Position numbers and translations under genes: made by a program
Virus record (IMG/VR): IMGVR_UViG_3300001594_000003
Location: 64,001 to 128,000 of that record
Strand: one strand, 5' to 3'
Origin: a virus
Lineage: Duplodnaviria > Caudoviricetes
Length of the DNA: 64,000 nt
Notes under the pieces: generated by a model
What the model saw: only the letters and a program-made list of their open reading frames with translations
What the model was told of the DNA's origin: nothing
The model's database searches: none
In this document: positions 10,001-19,035 of the stretch, one piece after another
How positions within the stretch are numbered: position 1 is the first letter of the stretch
Layout of the letters: the number at the start of each line of letters is the position of its first letter

Positions 10001-10135
10001 GTTGCAGTGTACAAGCAGATCAACGGCAAGTGGGTATTCACTACGCCGCCCATTGCGAATGCTGCCGTCTGCGGCATTACAACCGCACCCACGTTGTCTG
10101 GTATGCAACGCAGAGGCTATATTGGAGGTGGCTAG
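7022..10135 (+). CDS. Large virion protein: beta-propeller-like N-half, Ig-like middle, S/T-rich C-half; paralog of 15354
   Basis: Start MFIP after GGAG; shared motifs FLPRWS, RTEPKLFP, C-terminal RRGYIGGG. Confidence 0.8.
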   Translation: MFIPASLALGAAYVDLAIDVSGTLVADCSVTYMGMEYGPGVEIPVERTRTARLSTIVTDYAEISVVLAGKQHYWCVDIPRTLQYVDDDAYKRITGSAYGGIVNTGNGSVIPFSPTPEFAGGDVVATLDYTRKTVWFTNAQNQVKNLILDEAPVAAIFLPRWSYVESIPTVCYVVTASKIHRLDATFNIAETVTIAFGTGVIAASGDVNGRIVLAYTNRLVVANTDGSTVTNYGAFSGYHSLFVAPDNTYVVGCDAGVVFFTYTTGWNYQIVSPSAGRFWSFDVNENYLYTADAGNRCVIRTDLSTRANHTAYFDKIPRDVVANGDDVYVSFLNDATCRKYNRALTEFIEVPAVRSFGAIFFNGNYLVSSLYSDANDVTKTEPSAPAVLIENLDLPHNTAFGRNYTVTWPRPEFVRVTPSISTVTKNGSPFTEGYLRNGDIIRVTDPAHGAWYDDTVTHLFGRRITTFRARTEPKLFPDRYTVPTILRALPRETYYDQFVVTGMTYGFSVNISTESLDISFAVNDGPIGKTGVIKNDDIIRVEGAIKNLIAIRVEHLILTQHNKEVAGWLLLPMLLEGVTLAENTAISKNRYGDQAVYDGPEEVSTETLFGPYSQTLVHSQDSYAAMGGQAVLVSVDLTCHASGCPTTGITLTQAAQQYASSSFIAATEGLLACSTTEHAVEDASFLRSYTRSVFSASTRGIIGPTDVRYAQSTTANIGTQRSSLELAVTTFDVSLNSKTSAISAVYDSYNTDSYEIVAEYRPRTLSTVFSEHMPYETRTLYAYVEQMPVTLRFTCYNTHSQNTVGMLLNDVSVFKNAATHQMHILHTQAEFVSSVDTFWKYPVLEFAAAAHRRLSGRTDKWSSTGQRRGSLDRYRIDTTSQLSDSDSSRFYIDTIVDLRHGLIRTEISTSYVLRPSKELYGVHSVFERQARSTRHEATPAFELRSTNSMQVIEAPQRVFVHSSRDEYTLADVISGFGSRAEAEAYATSINVAGVAVYKQINGKWVFTTPPIANAAVCGITTAPTLSGMQRRGYIGGG

Positions 10136-10665
10136 TGCTCACATCTAACGTGTTTCGTCACGCTAAGCCGAGCATTAACGCGATAAACGTTTTTGTTCGG
10201 CAAGTTACAGTGGCAGTTCAGACACAAACTTTTACGGACCGTCTTGCGATGGCTCCAATTAACCGTGGACTGTTTGATGTTATAGACAGTTCTGGGATTC
10301 TTCTGAACCGCGCAGAAGGCTTTGAACCTGATTATTGGTTTGAAGACGGATACCTAGTTACACGTTATGCCGGGACGTACACGCTGCGCGTCTTCGATAA
10401 CATCATGCCTTTTGATAGTTGTGAGATTAAGGTCGGCAATCGAATGGTACCGTCTAACGGAGGTGCGTTCTCCGTCAAGATTCCATTCTGGCCGCAGATC
10501 GTATCTCAGTCAAACAATGGGCTCGCCAGAGTGTCCAACGATGGTAAACACATCGCTTACGCTTCACAAGGATACGTCGGACAGGACACATTCTCCTATC
10601 GTATGGTGAATGCTTACGGTCAAGTCAGTGAACCTGAGTGTATCAACGTGACTGCCGTGCGTTGA
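10135..10665 (+). CDS. 176-aa virion protein with C-terminal Ig/cadherin-like domain; paralog of 18413
   Basis: GTG start overlapping TAG gives the same length as its paralog; GYVGQDTFSY..NAYGQVSEP. Confidence 0.8.
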   Translation: MLTSNVFRHAKPSINAINVFVRQVTVAVQTQTFTDRLAMAPINRGLFDVIDSSGILLNRAEGFEPDYWFEDGYLVTRYAGTYTLRVFDNIMPFDSCEIKVGNRMVPSNGGAFSVKIPFWPQIVSQSNNGLARVSNDGKHIAYASQGYVGQDTFSYRMVNAYGQVSEPECINVTAVR

Positions 10666-10713
10666 TTTCGTAGAACAGGGACGTTCTCCTATTACACAAT
10701 CGGATCCGTTTTT

Positions 10714-13110
10714 ATGTTGACCAATTTGCCGATACTTAGCCCAAAGAAACTACTCACGACCATGCCGACGTTCAACATTGACGTTGTGGCTTCGGTCGAT
10801 GAGGGAAGCATATTCACAGCAACTATACGTACCACGAAACTGTCCAACGGTACCGTATTGGCTTATCGATTCGTCGGAGACATTGACGCTGCTGATATTG
10901 TAGGTAGCCTCACAGGCTCCGTAACAGTCAGCAACAACGTAGCAACTGTGACACGCACCATAGCGCGTGACGCTAGAACTGAAGGACCTAAAGTTCTTAC
11001 GTTTGAGGTCCTAGCGAATAACTCTATTGCTGTCTTAGCTAGGCTGCATACTGTAATCAATGACACCTCGCTTGATCCAACCTACAGCATTACACCCAAC
11101 ATCACCTCGGTATCGGAGGGTGAATCTGTAACATTCACCCTGAACACCACTGACGTGTTTGATGGTTCGACACTGCACTGGACCACTTTGTCGGATTCGT
11201 TGACAGTGGATGACTTTGCAGACGCTCGGTTGTCTGGGTCACTCACCATCACAGGCAACCGAGGCACAATCGTTCGACCCATAGCGTATGATAACGCAAC
11301 AGACGACGCAGAGTTTCGCATAGAGATTCGCACTGGTTCCATAGGGGGGCCGGTCGTCCTCACTAGCGAGCCCGTTGCCGTAAATGACTACAATATGAGC
11401 ATTGGTCAGGCAGCTTACACTGAGCCCGGTACGTATGAGTTTGTAGTGCCTACTGGTGTACCTTACCTATCGGCCGTTGTTATTGGCGGTGGCGCTAGTG
11501 CCGGTGGAAGTGGTGGAGTGCGTCCCGGCACCGGAGGTGGTGCAGGCGCTTTGCGGTTCAGAAATAAAATACCCGTAATATCAGGAGAAACACTAACAGT
11601 AGAAGTCGGCGCAGGCGGCGAGCCGATAGTAGGTGAAGTTGACGGCAAGCCCGGCCTAAGAAGTGCTATTCGCAGAGCATCTACTGATCTTGTCTATGCA
11701 AATGGAGGCTCGCCGGGCAGTCGTGGGTTAGCTTCTACCCAAACTACAGTTCGAGCGTACAATAGTTGGACCTCTACCAACACTAATCACGGTTCAAGTT
11801 CCTCCGGTGGCTACAGCCTCACGATGCGTAAGGACGAGCAGTTAAGAATAGCCTGCGGCGTTTCGTCCGAGTCTGGTTTCGATTTTATGACCGTGACTGT
11901 GAATAGCAATCAAGTTTATAGGCAGTCTGGTAGCAACTCACAAGTAGTAACATGGACTGCAACCAACGACGGTCAAGTATATATTTCCTGGACATACTCT
12001 AAGGACGGCTCCATTAGTAGGGGATCAGATCGTGGCTGGATCAGCTACATAGATCATCTAAAGTATGTTTCCAGCACTAATGGTGGGATTGGCGGTTCTG
12101 GGTCTTCTTTAGGTGGTGATGTAGGTGGATACAATGGAGGCAAGGGAGGTGATTCTAACGACACGACGCCGGGTGCAGGTGGTGGTACCGGTGGTTATAC
12201 CGATGTAGGTGCACCCGGTCAAGGGAACAACAACACCAACGTATCCTCGGTTACGGGCGGCGATGGTGGTACTATTGTTGATGGTAACGGTATGGGAGGT
12301 GGCGGCGCCGATCTGTTCGGTATTCAAGCAGAACGGTCGCCTCGTTCCACATCAAGCGATACCGTAGACGGCAAAGACTTTGGTGCTGGCGGTGGCGCAC
12401 GCAAAAGCGCAGAATCCTCACTACCGAGCGGCAAGGGAGGTAAAGGTGCAGTGCGTATCATTTGGGGATTCAATCGAATCTTCCCTAGTGCAGGTATGGA
12501 AGACCAAGACCCGATAACGTACACGCCGCCTATACCTAGTGATGATTCCAATCCTTGGCTATTAGCTGGGGACGATCAGCTTGGTTGGTATGGTGAAGTT
12601 TCCGCAGCTGACTTCATCACTGGCGATGCTCTTGCGTCACTTGTAAATCTCACTGCAGGTTCAAGTATCAACTCTGCACATGGTTGGTTGAAGTTTGCGT
12701 ATAAGGGCAAAACACTTCTTACCTCAAAGCGGCCGTTGAGGTCTACCATATCGTGGAATGATCTAAACGCCAGAGCACTAATAACAGGCAACACGGTTGT
12801 TTCCATCAATGGCCTGCAGTACAAGGTACGTCTGTTCTTCGGTAACACCGGTCTTGAGTGGGATGATCTGATGTATCGTGTGTGGGAAAATGACCCAACA
12901 GGCACGTTCTGGGAACGGTATACTTCTGTTGATCTAGTGGCAACTAATCCGGGTAGTGACCCAGGTCGAGATAACTGGTGCCAAGAGTCTGCAGGTACAG
13001 GCACATACCGTACTCGCGGTAACGGCGGTATGCAGGGGTACTATGACGGTTCTGCCGCGTCCGCGGATAGCGGTCGAGGATGGAGACCTGTTCTTGAACT
13101 GGTGCAGTAA
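10714..13110 (+). CDS. Mosaic fibre/adhesin: Calx-beta-like repeats, glycine-rich domain, jumbo-phage virion domain
   Basis: SVDEGS/SVSEGE repeats; PGTYEFVVPTGV..GGG; C-terminal GWYGEVSAADFITG..GWLKFAYKGK. Confidence 0.75.
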   Translation: MLTNLPILSPKKLLTTMPTFNIDVVASVDEGSIFTATIRTTKLSNGTVLAYRFVGDIDAADIVGSLTGSVTVSNNVATVTRTIARDARTEGPKVLTFEVLANNSIAVLARLHTVINDTSLDPTYSITPNITSVSEGESVTFTLNTTDVFDGSTLHWTTLSDSLTVDDFADARLSGSLTITGNRGTIVRPIAYDNATDDAEFRIEIRTGSIGGPVVLTSEPVAVNDYNMSIGQAAYTEPGTYEFVVPTGVPYLSAVVIGGGASAGGSGGVRPGTGGGAGALRFRNKIPVISGETLTVEVGAGGEPIVGEVDGKPGLRSAIRRASTDLVYANGGSPGSRGLASTQTTVRAYNSWTSTNTNHGSSSSGGYSLTMRKDEQLRIACGVSSESGFDFMTVTVNSNQVYRQSGSNSQVVTWTATNDGQVYISWTYSKDGSISRGSDRGWISYIDHLKYVSSTNGGIGGSGSSLGGDVGGYNGGKGGDSNDTTPGAGGGTGGYTDVGAPGQGNNNTNVSSVTGGDGGTIVDGNGMGGGGADLFGIQAERSPRSTSSDTVDGKDFGAGGGARKSAESSLPSGKGGKGAVRIIWGFNRIFPSAGMEDQDPITYTPPIPSDDSNPWLLAGDDQLGWYGEVSAADFITGDALASLVNLTAGSSINSAHGWLKFAYKGKTLLTSKRPLRSTISWNDLNARALITGNTVVSINGLQYKVRLFFGNTGLEWDDLMYRVWENDPTGTFWERYTSVDLVATNPGSDPGRDNWCQESAGTGTYRTRGNGGMQGYYDGSAASADSGRGWRPVLELVQ

Positions 13111-13115
13111 CGAAG

Positions 13116-13122
13116 TAATTTA
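13116..13122 (+). promoter_or_regulatory. Candidate late promoter TAATTT(A)
   Basis: Same motif in intergenic gaps at 19002, 26183, 28361 (+) and 32007, 63784 (-). Confidence 0.55.
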
Positions 13123-13192
13123 AACACAGAGTAGTGAAGTCGCGTTTGTGATTCTCAACTCTCAATCAAGGTTCATATACGGAGAAATACCA

Positions 13193-14185
13193 ATGCCTGG
13201 TAAAATTTACAAGCGTGAGAAGTTGCAGTCGCTTACCGAACTGGCCTCTTCCCTCTTCACGGACATGAAAGCTGCTGGCCTGATGCAAGTGCTGCCGGCT
13301 ACCGGCCAGAACTTCACACCGACTGCAGGTGCTGGCAAGTTTGTGCTGGAGTCCGTTGCTGCAATCAACCCTGTTCAAGCCAAACAGCCGTGGCGTATCC
13401 TCGTAGACCTCGAAGGCGCTACTGCGTTCAACGGCCGTCTGCGCATCGCCATTGCCAACCCGCAGCAGATCACCAACGCTGGCGGCACTTCTTCCTTCCC
13501 GGGTGCAACTGACACTACTGGTGCACGCATCATGGGTCAACTGGGTTCTGCCTGGAACAAGACTACCGGCGGTGCACTGGGCGATTGCTTCGTTACTCGC
13601 AACATCACCAACCGTACTTACGACGCTGGTACCACTCTGTCGTATCTGCTGGTCGCAACCAACCGCGGCCTGAGTCTGATGGTGTGGGAAGACGCATCCG
13701 ATGCTGCTCCTGTCTACTCGTTCTTCTCGATCCAGAGCCCTGTCAACAAACAAGACGGCTCGCCGCTGACTGACCTCAACAGCCCGATCTTCGTAGTCTA
13801 CGACTGCGACAACACCGGCATGAAGAAGTTTGTGGTTTCGGAAAGCGACGTGTTCCGCCCGACTCAGAGCAAACCTGCTGACAAGGACACCACAAACAGC
13901 GCTGCGATCATCAACTCCACTGAGCAAGTCGCAATCGCTCGTGGTAACAAGTATCTGGTGACTTTCCCGAATCGCCTGAACACTGACCGTTACGCTTACA
14001 CCGAGGAACTGGATCAGTTCGCCTACACTTCGGCTGACGTAATCGGTGAAGAATCCGAGATTTCTGTCACTGTCTACGGTGAAGCCACTCCGCGTGTCTA
14101 TCGCGCAATGAAGGCAAACGGTGCCGACAACGTCGGTATGCGTCTCCTGATGTTGGTAGAAGGCGGCGGCGTACCTGCAGTCTAA
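13193..14185 (+). CDS. Fibre-subunit-like structural protein, paralog 2
   Basis: GGAG RBS before MPGKIYKREK; similarity to 5976 and 14224. Confidence 0.85.
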   Translation: MPGKIYKREKLQSLTELASSLFTDMKAAGLMQVLPATGQNFTPTAGAGKFVLESVAAINPVQAKQPWRILVDLEGATAFNGRLRIAIANPQQITNAGGTSSFPGATDTTGARIMGQLGSAWNKTTGGALGDCFVTRNITNRTYDAGTTLSYLLVATNRGLSLMVWEDASDAAPVYSFFSIQSPVNKQDGSPLTDLNSPIFVVYDCDNTGMKKFVVSESDVFRPTQSKPADKDTTNSAAIINSTEQVAIARGNKYLVTFPNRLNTDRYAYTEELDQFAYTSADVIGEESEISVTVYGEATPRVYRAMKANGADNVGMRLLMLVEGGGVPAV

Positions 14186-14223
14186 CGAGCAGGATAACGC
14201 TTTCAATCTTACGGAGATAAAAC

Positions 14224-15291
14224 ATGCCTGGTAAAATCTACACTCGCGGCAAGATTCAGTCGCTCGGTGCTCTGCTTACTGCAATGCACGAAGACTTCAA
14301 ACTAGCCGGCTTCAAATCCATTCTTCCTGCTGCCGATGCTCAGCTTACGCTGACAGCCGGCGTAGGTAAGTTCGTCCTCGAATCTGACGCAGCGTTCAAC
14401 CCTGTTCAGGCCAAGCAAGCGTATCGCATTTTCGTGGAGACCTTCACTTCCGAAGGTGGTACCTCGATGCGCGTCGCTATCGCCAGTCCCGAACAGATCA
14501 GCGATACTGGAGAAGTAGCTTCGTTCCCGTACGAAGATACATACTGGGGAAGCGGTACGAGTCAAGTTGTTGCTACATACCAAGGTGAATACACCATGGG
14601 GCAACTCGGCAAGAAGTTCAAGCCGATGGCTCAACGAGAAGCTAACGGCTCTACTTCTCCTGCCATGCCTGGACTGCAACGCGGTGATGTGTTCATCGCT
14701 CGTGACGGTGTTTACGGACAGAACTACGACACCGGCTCTACCATGAGCTACGTGCTGAGCGTTAGTGGCCACGGCGTTGTGTTCTACGTTTGGGAAGACA
14801 CCAGCGACAAGGCTCCACTGTACAGCTTCTTCGCAGTACAGAGTCCAGTGAACAAAGACACCGGCGCTGCTCTGGTCGACCTGAACAGCCCGATCTTCTG
14901 CGTGTTCGATTGTGACAACACTGGCATCAAGAAGTTTGTGGTCAACGAAGCAGACACAGCTCGTCCTACTGTTGCAGTTGCTGCTGACCAAGACACCATC
15001 AACAGTTCCGCTATCGTCAACTCGGCTGAACAAGTTGCGATCAAGCGGGGCAACAAGTACCTGGTGACTTTCCCGAATCGTATCAATACGGATCGCTACG
15101 CCTACACCGAAGAACTGGATATGATTGCATACACCAGTGCTGACGTGATCGGCGAAGAAGCCATGATCCCTGTGCGTATCTACGGCGAAACCAGCGATCG
15201 TATCTACCGTGCAATGAAGGCCAATGGTCCGAACAACACAAAGATGCGTCTGCTTGTGCTCGTTGAAGGCGGCGGCATCCCCTCCGTCTAA
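14224..15291 (+). CDS. Fibre-subunit-like structural protein, paralog 3
   Basis: MPGKIYTRGK; loop insertions relative to paralogs. Confidence 0.85.
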   Translation: MPGKIYTRGKIQSLGALLTAMHEDFKLAGFKSILPAADAQLTLTAGVGKFVLESDAAFNPVQAKQAYRIFVETFTSEGGTSMRVAIASPEQISDTGEVASFPYEDTYWGSGTSQVVATYQGEYTMGQLGKKFKPMAQREANGSTSPAMPGLQRGDVFIARDGVYGQNYDTGSTMSYVLSVSGHGVVFYVWEDTSDKAPLYSFFAVQSPVNKDTGAALVDLNSPIFCVFDCDNTGIKKFVVNEADTARPTVAVAADQDTINSSAIVNSAEQVAIKRGNKYLVTFPNRINTDRYAYTEELDMIAYTSADVIGEEAMIPVRIYGETSDRIYRAMKANGPNNTKMRLLVLVEGGGIPSV

Positions 15292-15299
15292 GTAACACA

Positions 15300-15336
15300 A
15301 TGGGGCTAAGATCATCGTGTCTTTAGCCCCATTTTT
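15300..15336 (+). terminator. Intrinsic terminator, homolog of 6973
   Basis: ATGGGGCTAA...TTAGCCCCAT + TTTT. Confidence 0.85.
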
Positions 15337-15353
15337 GGTTCATGGAGCATGCC

Positions 15354-18300
15354 ATGTTTATTCCTGTAAGCATAAACACAGGCTTGACTACGGTTAGCTG
15401 CGTCGCTACAGCTACTGGTGATCTAACTGCTGACTGCGAGGTGCTGTACAAGTCAGCATCTTATCAGCCGAACGTTGCGATACCTGTTGTGAAAGGCGAT
15501 ACCATTCAGTTGCGGACTACTGTAACTGGACCTGCTCAGATCGTAGTTGAGTTGGGAGACAGAACTTACTACTGGCACGTCGATCTACCGAAGACCCTCC
15601 GCTACGTGGAGGACTTGGCATTTCAGCGCGTTACTGGTTCTGTGTACGGCAAGCTGTACTCTTTCCCGAGCAATACGCAGAAGACGTATGTTGAAACTGG
15701 TACGTTGACCAAGAACGAGGATATCCTTGCGTCTATTGACTACCAGAAGAAAGAAATCTGGCTGTTCGGCAGTCTCGGTGCCGTCAAGAAGATCACAACA
15801 CCGGAAAAACCTGTAGCCGTTGTGTTCTTGCCTCGTTGGTCTATCGATGAAGACGTTGCCACAAAACCGTACGTGGTTACTGAATCTAAGGTATACGCAC
15901 TTGCTGACGATATGTCGTTGGATGTAGCCGGTGGTGTTGTTATTGCCACAGGCCCGCTTGTAAACAGTGCGTGTGCTGATGCTTCTGGCATTGTATTCAT
16001 TACAGACACTTATGTTGGCCGGATCATACCCGGACAAGGCGCAACGCAGCTAACGAATACAGGAGGCAGCTCCGTTCAAGTCACATACGACAATAAGATC
16101 GTGGTTGGTCGTAATGACGGATTTATATCAATCTTCACTCAATCCGGTGCGTCGTACTCGGAAGAAATCATTTTCACCGAACGAGAGCTTCCAAATGGGT
16201 CCGTAATCGGCGTCAATAGCAAATACCTGCTCGATGTTAACCACGCAGAGCATGTGTTTGCCGTTGATATGGTTAATCGTAAAGTCATTTCCATCAAGCT
16301 GGATGACAAGACGGTCAATCAACTAAACCTAGACTTTGTTCCGAGCAGCATTGTCAGTGAAAAGGATTCGGTCTACGTCAGCTTCTTCAACCACACCAAG
16401 GCATTCAAATACGGCGTGGACTTAACCGGCTTGGAAGAAGTGGCGAGCGTTAAGACGCATGGCTCCAGCTTCCTTACGGAGTTTATGGCGACTGATTTGT
16501 ATGAAGATGCTGCTGACGTTACTAAAGCCGAAGACTCCACGGCCATTCGCTTCAACCAGCACGATATTGGCGTAGACGAAACCTCACTGACCGCAACTTG
16601 GACAGTACCGTGGACTCGCCCTCAGTATATACGCTTGGTGACGCCGGGTGCTACTGCAACACTGGACGATCAACCGTTTACGGAAGGTTATGTAGTATCG
16701 CCGAGCCAACTCGTCGTATCTATGTCAAACGACGGTGAGTATTACGCAGAGTCCCAAGTCGATTTGATGGGATACCGTCCAGTATCGATTCATTTCCGCA
16801 CTGAGCCGAAGCTGTTCCCGAACAGTGTCACGCTGGACACTGTTTACGAAGCGTTTATTCGCAGGCAGTACGATGATATCTTCCAAGTGGAAGGTATGAC
16901 TGACGGCTTCTCTGTTCAGGTTGGAACTGATTCTGGAGATATGGAGTTCAGTATCAACGACGCTCCGTATGCGAAGACTGGTACGATCAAGAATGGTGAC
17001 GTGGTTGAAGTGCGTGCTGTAATCAAGAACATGATTACCAAGCGCAATCAGCACGATATCATGACCGAGTTCGGTATGCCTGTCAGTCTGTGGACAATCC
17101 TTGTCATGCAGCTTAACGGTGCATCGTTCCGTCCTGATACAACTCTGGAAAAGCACAAGTTTGACGTGGTGCGTCAGGAAGAAAGCGCTACCGAAGAACA
17201 CACGGTTGAGCCTCAGATAAGCATCGCAGCTCCTCAGATGCTATCGACTGATACCTATGCTCCGTTGGTAAGTGCCAGCTATATGTGCGAAGGCGACGTT
17301 GAGTGCAACCATTGGGACTCGAACGTTGTTATGCAGGGTTCTCTTGTGCAGTCTCTTAGCGGCACGACTCGCATACTTGAACAGAGTACCTCAAGCTCAG
17401 TGGCAGGCACGACTCGTAGTGTCGAACACGGTTACGAGGCAGTTATTGCCTATTCCGACAGCAGCTATGACTCACCGTTGCTCCGTATGGAAGCCGCCTT
17501 AAGAGAAGGTGAAAAGTCGTTCTTCTACGATGCCGATTACTCGGTTAGCGTTTCGCTTGCGGTGTCTGAATATGCTTCCTATACGGAGCGCCGTGCTGGA
17601 GTAAGTGTATCCGTTCAGGACAACGTGTTCTATCTGACTCGGGACACCTCGAAGTACACATTGGATGCAGAAACGTTCCGTTACGTCAGTATGTCGTCCA
17701 TTGCTTATCAGTACGACTACCTACGCGAACATGCGGCACACACTATCGGCATTGACGCTGAATATGTGCGGCGCTTGTCGGCTTCTTTGGAGTTTGCAGC
17801 AACTGTCGATCGGTTCTACTCGAATCCGACTGTGGACCTGAACGCTGTATATGAAAAGACCTTGCTTCCTACACAGGTCGAGCATGTATCAGATTACGAA
17901 GCTCAGGTGCGTTCTCGCCAGTTCGCTACGGAGTCACCAACACAGTTGCTTGCCAACATTACCTACGCAGATCACAGTGCAGAAGGTCGTGTTCTATACG
18001 GACCTACGTATGGTGAGTTCGGTTCTGGTGTGGATGTAAATGGCCAGCAAAGCTATGTGGACTTCACTGCCACGGGTATTACCAACAGCAGCAACGAAAC
18101 ATTTGCTTCCAACGTTGTGATGTTCTCGCAACATGAGAGCATTTTGGTTCCGATGCCTGTTCGCGAGTGGGTTGTCGATACTCATCAGGAGCTTAGCCTT
18201 GAAGCAGATCAGAGTGGTTTCTTTGACACACTGGAAGACGCTCAAGCCTATGCTGCTACTCTAAACCTAGAGCTGAACACGCCTGCCCAATTCAAGCAGT

Positions 18301-18413
18301 ACGGTGACAAGTGGATTCTAGTTTCGGCACCTGTTGCAGACAATGCAGCGTGTTTCCCAACAACAGCGCCGCCTAGTTCGCAACGCAGGTTCGGCTACGC
18401 AGGAGGTGGTTAA
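15354..18413 (+). CDS. Large virion protein, paralog of 7022
   Basis: MFIP start after GGAG; ends RRFGYAGGG. Confidence 0.8.
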   Translation: MFIPVSINTGLTTVSCVATATGDLTADCEVLYKSASYQPNVAIPVVKGDTIQLRTTVTGPAQIVVELGDRTYYWHVDLPKTLRYVEDLAFQRVTGSVYGKLYSFPSNTQKTYVETGTLTKNEDILASIDYQKKEIWLFGSLGAVKKITTPEKPVAVVFLPRWSIDEDVATKPYVVTESKVYALADDMSLDVAGGVVIATGPLVNSACADASGIVFITDTYVGRIIPGQGATQLTNTGGSSVQVTYDNKIVVGRNDGFISIFTQSGASYSEEIIFTERELPNGSVIGVNSKYLLDVNHAEHVFAVDMVNRKVISIKLDDKTVNQLNLDFVPSSIVSEKDSVYVSFFNHTKAFKYGVDLTGLEEVASVKTHGSSFLTEFMATDLYEDAADVTKAEDSTAIRFNQHDIGVDETSLTATWTVPWTRPQYIRLVTPGATATLDDQPFTEGYVVSPSQLVVSMSNDGEYYAESQVDLMGYRPVSIHFRTEPKLFPNSVTLDTVYEAFIRRQYDDIFQVEGMTDGFSVQVGTDSGDMEFSINDAPYAKTGTIKNGDVVEVRAVIKNMITKRNQHDIMTEFGMPVSLWTILVMQLNGASFRPDTTLEKHKFDVVRQEESATEEHTVEPQISIAAPQMLSTDTYAPLVSASYMCEGDVECNHWDSNVVMQGSLVQSLSGTTRILEQSTSSSVAGTTRSVEHGYEAVIAYSDSSYDSPLLRMEAALREGEKSFFYDADYSVSVSLAVSEYASYTERRAGVSVSVQDNVFYLTRDTSKYTLDAETFRYVSMSSIAYQYDYLREHAAHTIGIDAEYVRRLSASLEFAATVDRFYSNPTVDLNAVYEKTLLPTQVEHVSDYEAQVRSRQFATESPTQLLANITYADHSAEGRVLYGPTYGEFGSGVDVNGQQSYVDFTATGITNSSNETFASNVVMFSQHESILVPMPVREWVVDTHQELSLEADQSGFFDTLEDAQAYAATLNLELNTPAQFKQYGDKWILVSAPVADNAACFPTTAPPSSQRRFGYAGGG

Positions 18414-18943
18414 TGATCACGTCACCAGTATTCCGTCACGCCAAACCGGGCGCGGCGGAGTTGTTCTCGCTCGTCGGCGGAGCTACGGTTGATTTCACGG
18501 AGCAGGTCTTCACAGACTCAATCGAGATGGAGGAAACCAACTATGCCCTGTTCGACGTGATCCGAAGTGATGGCGTTACTCTGAATCGAGAGCAGGGTTT
18601 GTTTCCTGACTATTGGTTTGAGAACGGATCGCTACGTACTAAGGAACCCGGCACGTATACACTGCGCGTCTATTCCTCGATCATGCCGTTTGAGCAATGG
18701 GTTATAAACCTCGGTAAGAAGATGGTGCCTTCCGACGGTTCGTTGTTCAAGGTCGGTGTTCCGTTTTGGCCGCAGATTCTTTCGCAGCCTGAGCACGGCA
18801 TCGCCCGTGTCTCAAATGACGGGCGCCACATCGCGTATGTATCTCGTGGCTTCATCGGACAAGTAGCTTTCAGTTATCGTCTGGTGAATGCGTTTGGGCA
18901 AGTCAGTGAGCCTGCTTGTGTAAACATCACAACTACACGATGA
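18413..18943 (+). CDS. 176-aa virion protein, paralog of 10135
   Basis: VFRHAKP, PDYWFE, PFWPQI, ARVSNDG shared. Confidence 0.8.
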   Translation: MITSPVFRHAKPGAAELFSLVGGATVDFTEQVFTDSIEMEETNYALFDVIRSDGVTLNREQGLFPDYWFENGSLRTKEPGTYTLRVYSSIMPFEQWVINLGKKMVPSDGSLFKVGVPFWPQILSQPEHGIARVSNDGRHIAYVSRGFIGQVAFSYRLVNAFGQVSEPACVNITTTR

Positions 18944-18945
18944 AG

Positions 18946-18988
18946 AAAGGGGTCGGAGAGCATAACAGCCTTCGGCCCTTTTCCTTTT
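18946..18988 (+). terminator. Probable intrinsic terminator
   Basis: AAAGGGGTCGG...TTCGGCCCTTTT then T-rich. Confidence 0.6.
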
Positions 18989-19001
18989 GCACTCCGTCGA
19001 A

Positions 19002-19008
19002 TAATTTA
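19002..19008 (+). promoter_or_regulatory. Candidate late promoter TAATTT(A)
   Basis: Directly after a terminator, about 30 nt before ATG. Confidence 0.55.
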
Positions 19009-19035
19009 AGCGTATCACTTATGTAGGATACACTC

